Assembly: GCA_963841915.1 (NCBI GenBank)
Contig: CAWJEN010000004.1
Coordinates: 86,529-150,528 of the forward strand
Source of the DNA: an uncultured Planctomycetota bacterium
Lineage (GTDB): Bacteria > Planctomycetota > Phycisphaerae > Tepidisphaerales > Tepidisphaeraceae
Direction: 5' to 3'
DNA: 64,000 bases
Made by a program: the position numbers and the translations under genes
The notes under the pieces: model-generated
Seen by the model: only the letters and a program-made list of their open reading frames with translations
Databases searched by the model: none
What the model was told of the DNA's origin: nothing
In this document: piece after piece, positions 59,243 to 64,000 of the stretch
Numbering within the stretch: position 1 is the stretch's first letter
Layout: each line of letters opens with the position of its first letter

Positions 59243-61159
59243 ATGGACAAGATCAACACTTTCGTTAGTGAACTCAACGGCTATCTCTTCAGTGAGACGG
59301 TCATCTACATCCTGCTCCTGTCGGGGCTCGTCTTTACGATCTTCACGCTCTTTGGCCAGTGGCGGTCCGTCACCCACGGCGTGGAGGTGGTTCGGGGCAA
59401 GTACAACGAGAAGGACGATCCGGGTGCGATTAGTCACTTCCAAGCCCTTGCCACCGCACTTTCGGCGACCGTCGGCCTTGGCAACATTGCGGGTGTCGGC
59501 TTGGCGGTGGCGCTCGGTGGGCCGGGTGCAGTGTTTTGGATGTGGGTCATCGGCATTCTCGGCATGGCCTTGAAGATGACCGAGGTCACGCAGTCGATGC
59601 TGTTCCGAAACACCGCTGACCCCGAAAACCCGCACGGTGGCCCAATGTTTGTTGCCAAATACGGCTTCGAGCGGGCCGGCCTGCCGATGGTCGGGTCGAT
59701 CGTCGGTGGCATCTTCGTCGTCACGCTGCTCGTCAGCGCCATCACCGGTGGCAACATGTTCCAAGCCTGGAATGTGGCCGAGACGACGACGACCTACTTC
59801 GGCGACGTGCAGTACGTCAGCCGCATCAACGTCGGCATCGTTTTGGCGCTCATCACCGGCATCGTGATCATCGGCGGGATCCGTTGGATCGGCCGGGTAG
59901 CTGGCGTGATCGTGCCGTTCATGTGCGTGATCTACTTGATCGCGGCCTTGTTCGTCCTGGCGGTCAACATCACCGAGATCCCGTCGATGCTGTGGCTCAT
60001 CGTCAAGTACGGCCTTGGCATCGACAGCACAGCCGATGCCAGCGGTGCGTTCCTCGGTGGCACGTTCGGGTACGCCCTCATGTTCGGCGTCAAACGAGCC
60101 TTGTTCAGCTCAGAAGCGGGTCAAGGCAGCTCGCCCATCGCCCACGCAGCGGCCAAGACCGACGAGCCAGTTCGCGAGGGCATCGTCGCTGGTTTGGAGC
60201 CGCTTATCGACACGCTGGTCGTCTGCACGATCACGGCCTTGGTCATTCTTTCGACAGGTGCCTGGAACCGCGGCCCGGAGGCGACGTTTGCCTCTGCCGA
60301 CGAGATCGAGGTCGTCGCCGTCGATGCCGACAACAACGGCGAGCAGGATCTTGAAAATGGCAAGCCGCTTTGGACGCTCTCGACGTTTGGCACGTTGCCA
60401 GCCAAGAGCGACGAAGCACGCAAGACAGACGCCCTGAAAGAGGGCGAGTTCGACTACCGCCCGGGTGAAAGCTTCTTCGTTGTCGTCGACGCCGACGACA
60501 ACGTCGACACGGCCCGCTCCCTTGAGCGAATTCCGGGAAGCATGCCCAAAGGAGTCGCCGCCTCCGAAGGCGACGCAGGCGACAACGCGGAGGCCGCGGA
60601 ACCGGCCGCGCCGCAATGGGGCACCTTGGCCAGCAGCAAGAAGCCTATTCTTGTCGGCGTTGAGGGAGACGAGAACGCAGTTGCCGGTCTCTACGGCGAC
60701 TACAAGGGCTCGACGCTCACCGCCCACGCGTTCGACCGTGTTTACCCGCAACTCGGAAAGTACCTCGTCACCCTCGCGGTTTGGTTGTTCGCCATCAGCA
60801 CGATCATCTCGTGGAGCTACTACGGCGAGCAGGGCATGGTCTTCCTGACCGCGTGGCTGGGCGACGGCGCGTCGAAGGCGGCCATCCTCGTCTACAAGCT
60901 GCTCTACTGCGGCATCATCATCATCACCTGTCTTGATATCGAAGGCTGGCTCGACACCGACGCCTCTTTGGACATGTGGACCACGCTCGGGTTGGGCGTC
61001 ATGCTGGTGGTCAACATCCCGCTGATGTGGCTCTTCGCCATGCAGGCCATGACGGCCTATCACGACTACATCAAGCGGTACACAGGCGGCCCCATGCACG
61101 ACGAAATCGTTCACGAAGCCGAAAGCGTTGATCCCGGTCCGCCGGCACCGACGCTTTGA
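59243..61159 (+). CDS. Alanine/glycine:cation symporter (AGCS) with a large loop insertion
   Basis: ISHFQAL..ALSATVG.GNIAGV, GGPGAVFWMW, GGPM, FSSEAG.GS, FAISTIISWSYYGE. Confidence 0.92.
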   Translation: MDKINTFVSELNGYLFSETVIYILLLSGLVFTIFTLFGQWRSVTHGVEVVRGKYNEKDDPGAISHFQALATALSATVGLGNIAGVGLAVALGGPGAVFWMWVIGILGMALKMTEVTQSMLFRNTADPENPHGGPMFVAKYGFERAGLPMVGSIVGGIFVVTLLVSAITGGNMFQAWNVAETTTTYFGDVQYVSRINVGIVLALITGIVIIGGIRWIGRVAGVIVPFMCVIYLIAALFVLAVNITEIPSMLWLIVKYGLGIDSTADASGAFLGGTFGYALMFGVKRALFSSEAGQGSSPIAHAAAKTDEPVREGIVAGLEPLIDTLVVCTITALVILSTGAWNRGPEATFASADEIEVVAVDADNNGEQDLENGKPLWTLSTFGTLPAKSDEARKTDALKEGEFDYRPGESFFVVVDADDNVDTARSLERIPGSMPKGVAASEGDAGDNAEAAEPAAPQWGTLASSKKPILVGVEGDENAVAGLYGDYKGSTLTAHAFDRVYPQLGKYLVTLAVWLFAISTIISWSYYGEQGMVFLTAWLGDGASKAAILVYKLLYCGIIIITCLDIEGWLDTDASLDMWTTLGLGVMLVVNIPLMWLFAMQAMTAYHDYIKRYTGGPMHDEIVHEAESVDPGPPAPTL

Positions 61160-61239
61160 CGACATCCGTAACGCCATTGGCTGGCGCGACAAGGCGGCCT
61201 TGCCGCGTGGCGCAGATGAAGGTCGTACCGTGTCCTTGC

Positions 61240-62781
61240 GTGAGGATTGACCGGCTCTACTTCATTCTGTCGCTTGCCCTGGCCCTGACTGCTTCGGGGG
61301 CGCGGGCGGTCGAGATTCTCGACCTCCACGCCGCCGGTGATGCGTCGGGAGAGTTCCTGGCCCTGACCGAGTTCCGCGACGGTGGCGAGCGATACGACTC
61401 GACCACAACCGGCCGAATTTTCCGCAGATCCGCCGTCGACCCGATGGACGCCTGGCAGATCGTCGCCCGTTACCCGCGGCGGATCGTCGGCTTCACCGCC
61501 ATGCCCGACGGCGCGCTTGCCGTCCTGCTGCAAAAGCCGGGCGAAGGCGACATTCAAACTCAACTTCGCCTCGTCCGCCCGCCGGACGACACGGACGTGC
61601 TGCTCCGCGAAGGAGCGACCGAAACCTTCCCGCCCAAACCTCCCGAAGGCGAGACGTGGGTCGATGTCGCCACCGCCGATGGCGTCTTGCACGCCCTGTC
61701 GGCTACAGGTTCGTTGTGGCGACTCGCCGACACGGTGTGGATTCGGATCGTTGACGCCGACGCGTCGGGTGACATCGTCTCGACGAGCGAAGGCCTGTTG
61801 CTGCTCGCGAAGACCGAAAGCGGCCTCGTCGTCAGTCGACTCGAGGGCGAGACGTGGCAGGCGACGGAGGCGAAGCTCCCAAGCGACGCCGTCGCCGCCG
61901 ACGACGCCGGCAGGCCGCCGTTGTTCTATCTGCCGACAGACATCAACCAGGGCGGCATTCGACGGGGCGATACCGCCAAGCCGCTGCTCTGGCGTCTACC
62001 CGACGGCATCACGGTCGAGCCCGACGCGCCCGTGGTGCTCACCACCGCCGCCGGCTCGGTCAGGCTGACCCGATTGGCCGTCGATGTTGACGGTGATCCG
62101 GTGCTCGTTCGACGGTCTGCCGACGCGGTGACGCTTGCGTCCGACGAGCAATCGGCCGCGACGCTCGATCTCCGCGGTCGCGGCGTCGCACCGGCCGCCG
62201 GTGGGTTGCGACTGCTCCTGTACGCCGCCCTCGTCTTTGCCGTCATCGCGATGCTCCGTCAAAGCCACCGAGCCGGCGAAGCCCGCCGCGTCGAGCAGGG
62301 TGACGGTGCAATAGCCGCGCCCGTGGCCGCACCGTTCAGCCTCCGCATGGCCGCCGCCGGTGTAGACCTGTTGCCGCTCGTCTTCACGCTCGGCCTGTTG
62401 TCGAACGAGCCCATCGCCTCCAACGGCACGTTCGTCGCTGTCGTTGCCCTCGTCGGGTTGCTGACGTACGTCCTGCTGCCGTTGATCTGCGAGGTCGTCG
62501 CCGGTCGCTCACCGGGCAAAGCCTTGTTCGGCCTGCGTGTCGTCGCTGCGACACCTGAGTTTCCGATACAAGACGCCACGGCCGTCGGCATCGTCGTCCG
62601 AAACGTAACGCGTCCGGTCGACCTGCTGGGCGGGTGGACGATGATGCTGTTCGACACATCCCGCCGCCGTCTAGGCGACTTTGCCGGTGGCACGCGGGTG
62701 ATCTACGACCCGGTCCGCCAGACGGCTTCGACCGCCGCCACGACTTCTTCTTCGTCTACCACGACTGCCGAGCCCGAGTGA
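61240..62781 (+). CDS. RDD-domain membrane protein with a large periplasmic N-terminal region
   Basis: R..A..VD, GRSPGK..FGLRVV, RN..R..D, RRLGDFAGGTRV. Confidence 0.8.
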   Translation: MRIDRLYFILSLALALTASGARAVEILDLHAAGDASGEFLALTEFRDGGERYDSTTTGRIFRRSAVDPMDAWQIVARYPRRIVGFTAMPDGALAVLLQKPGEGDIQTQLRLVRPPDDTDVLLREGATETFPPKPPEGETWVDVATADGVLHALSATGSLWRLADTVWIRIVDADASGDIVSTSEGLLLLAKTESGLVVSRLEGETWQATEAKLPSDAVAADDAGRPPLFYLPTDINQGGIRRGDTAKPLLWRLPDGITVEPDAPVVLTTAAGSVRLTRLAVDVDGDPVLVRRSADAVTLASDEQSAATLDLRGRGVAPAAGGLRLLLYAALVFAVIAMLRQSHRAGEARRVEQGDGAIAAPVAAPFSLRMAAAGVDLLPLVFTLGLLSNEPIASNGTFVAVVALVGLLTYVLLPLICEVVAGRSPGKALFGLRVVAATPEFPIQDATAVGIVVRNVTRPVDLLGGWTMMLFDTSRRRLGDFAGGTRVIYDPVRQTASTAATTSSSSTTTAEPE

Positions 62782-63548
62782 TCGATTCCCCCGCCATCTC
62801 CAGCCCGAGCAACCCACGCGTCAAAGCCGTCGCCAAGCTTCGCGACCGCCGCCAACGCGAACTCGACGGCGTCTTCGTCGTCGAGGGTGAGCGTGACGTC
62901 AGCCGAGCCTTCGACGCGGGCTTGAACTGCCTGGACCTCTTCGCCACACCCGATGCCGATGCCGACGGGGCGACGATGGTTTCGCGGGAGGCGATGGCCA
63001 AGATGAGCTATCGGCAGTCGCCGTCAACGGTGCTGGCCATCTTCGAGACGCCGCACCGCACACTCGCTGACCTGCCGGCCCCGCAGGCGGGCGACCTCTT
63101 CGTCGTGGCAGTCGGCACGGAAAAGCCGGGGAATCTCGGTGCGATGGCGCGCACCGCCGCCGCCGCCGGGTGCCGCGGCCTGATCGCCTGCGGCGCCGAC
63201 ATCGACTTGTGGAACCCCAATGCTATCCGCAACAGCAGCGGGGCGATCTTCGAACTGCCGTGCGTCGCCTCGACGGATCATGAGGTGCAGGCGTGGCTGC
63301 GTGAGCACGCGGTGACGAGTGTCGCAACGATCGTCGAAAACGCAGAGCCTCTTTGGTCGCTCGACCTACCCGCCGCAGCGACGGCCGTCGTCATCGGCCC
63401 TGAGCACGAAGGTCTGTCCCTGGCGTGGATCGAGGCATGCACCCACCGCACGACGATCCCGATCGACGATTCGTGCGTCGACTCGCTCAACGCTTCGATG
63501 ACGCTGGGCATCGTGCTCTTTGAGCTCCGCCGACGTCGGCATGGATAA
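62778..63548 (+). CDS. TrmH/SpoU family RNA methyltransferase
   Basis: ISSPSNPRVK, VVEG, KPGNLGAMART, GPEHEGL, DSLNAS. Confidence 0.92.
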   Translation: MIDSPAISSPSNPRVKAVAKLRDRRQRELDGVFVVEGERDVSRAFDAGLNCLDLFATPDADADGATMVSREAMAKMSYRQSPSTVLAIFETPHRTLADLPAPQAGDLFVVAVGTEKPGNLGAMARTAAAAGCRGLIACGADIDLWNPNAIRNSSGAIFELPCVASTDHEVQAWLREHAVTSVATIVENAEPLWSLDLPAAATAVVIGPEHEGLSLAWIEACTHRTTIPIDDSCVDSLNASMTLGIVLFELRRRRHG

Positions 63549-63611
63549 GGGCCGTCGGCGTCACTACAGTGTCCTTCGGCTCGACGAGTCCCTTTGACAA
63601 TTCGGCCACAC

Positions 63612-64000
63612 GGGGGCGACTGGTATCGACCGGTTGGCTCGGGTGGTGGTGGCATGCCGGAGACGCTCACTAGGCTCCGTTATCAATTGTGGGTACACCT
63701 ATAACTGCCGATAACGCAGTTGCTGGACGTGTTGGCTTCAACGCCAACTCGTTCGCAATGGCAGCCTGAATAGGGCTACCTCGATCTCCCGCGGCTTGTC
63801 CGCGTCCGTGGGAGATCGTCATCCAGTGGACTAGCTGCAACGGGTTGCACCCGACGTTGCGGCGAAATGAATCGGGAGCTGGCCGATCCGTGAGGGTGTC
63901 AATCCTCGCGCGGATGGGCGAGATTAAACGATCTGACTACGCATGTAGATGCCGCCATCGCGGTTAACGCGACACGGGAGTTCGATTCTCCCCGCCTCCA
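63612..64000 (+). ncRNA. ssrA: tmRNA; tag reading frame 63707-63769 encodes ADNAVAGRVGFNANSFAMAA*
   Basis: 5' GGGGGCGA..TCGAC pairs with 3' CGCCTCCA; T-arm GGGAGTTCGATTCTCCC; ATAACT-GCC resume context; tag ends in AA. Confidence 0.96.

Overview
High-GC bacterial chromosome segment, most likely Planctomycetota (Phycisphaerae-like). This is inferred from the planctomycete extracellular N-terminal motif (LETRRLLA), several PEP-CTERM proteins and other planctomycete-type hypothetical families. It is mostly a gene-dense core region (lnt, ruvC, purL, gmhA, sucA, pheS, lipB, purK, proS, hisH, ribF, fumC, rpmE2, tRNA-Val, tmRNA) mixed with envelope and glycan genes (four GT-C-fold glycosyltransferases, GH78, sulfatase, two DUF1207 barrels, a 1536-aa extracellular protein). 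No integrase, transposase, reverse transcriptase, phage gene or CRISPR array was seen. Main unexplained signals: (1) three unrelated genes (proS, an EEP hydrolase, fumC) each have a ~400-nt internal core with relaxed codon usage and divergent protein sequence, set inside flanks almost free of A/T-ending codons; around proS and fumC the flanks are G-rich on the left and C-rich on the right, which suggests localised diversification; (2) a REP-like palindrome inside fumC next to a frameshift; (3) a decayed duplicate of the ribF 3' end bracketing a PEP-CTERM gene; (4) a TAnnnT -10 box 5-8 nt before about 20 start codons (probable leaderless mRNAs), while several surface-protein genes have SD motifs instead. 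All family calls come from motif recognition by eye, not database searches. Many start codons were adjusted from the ORF track.
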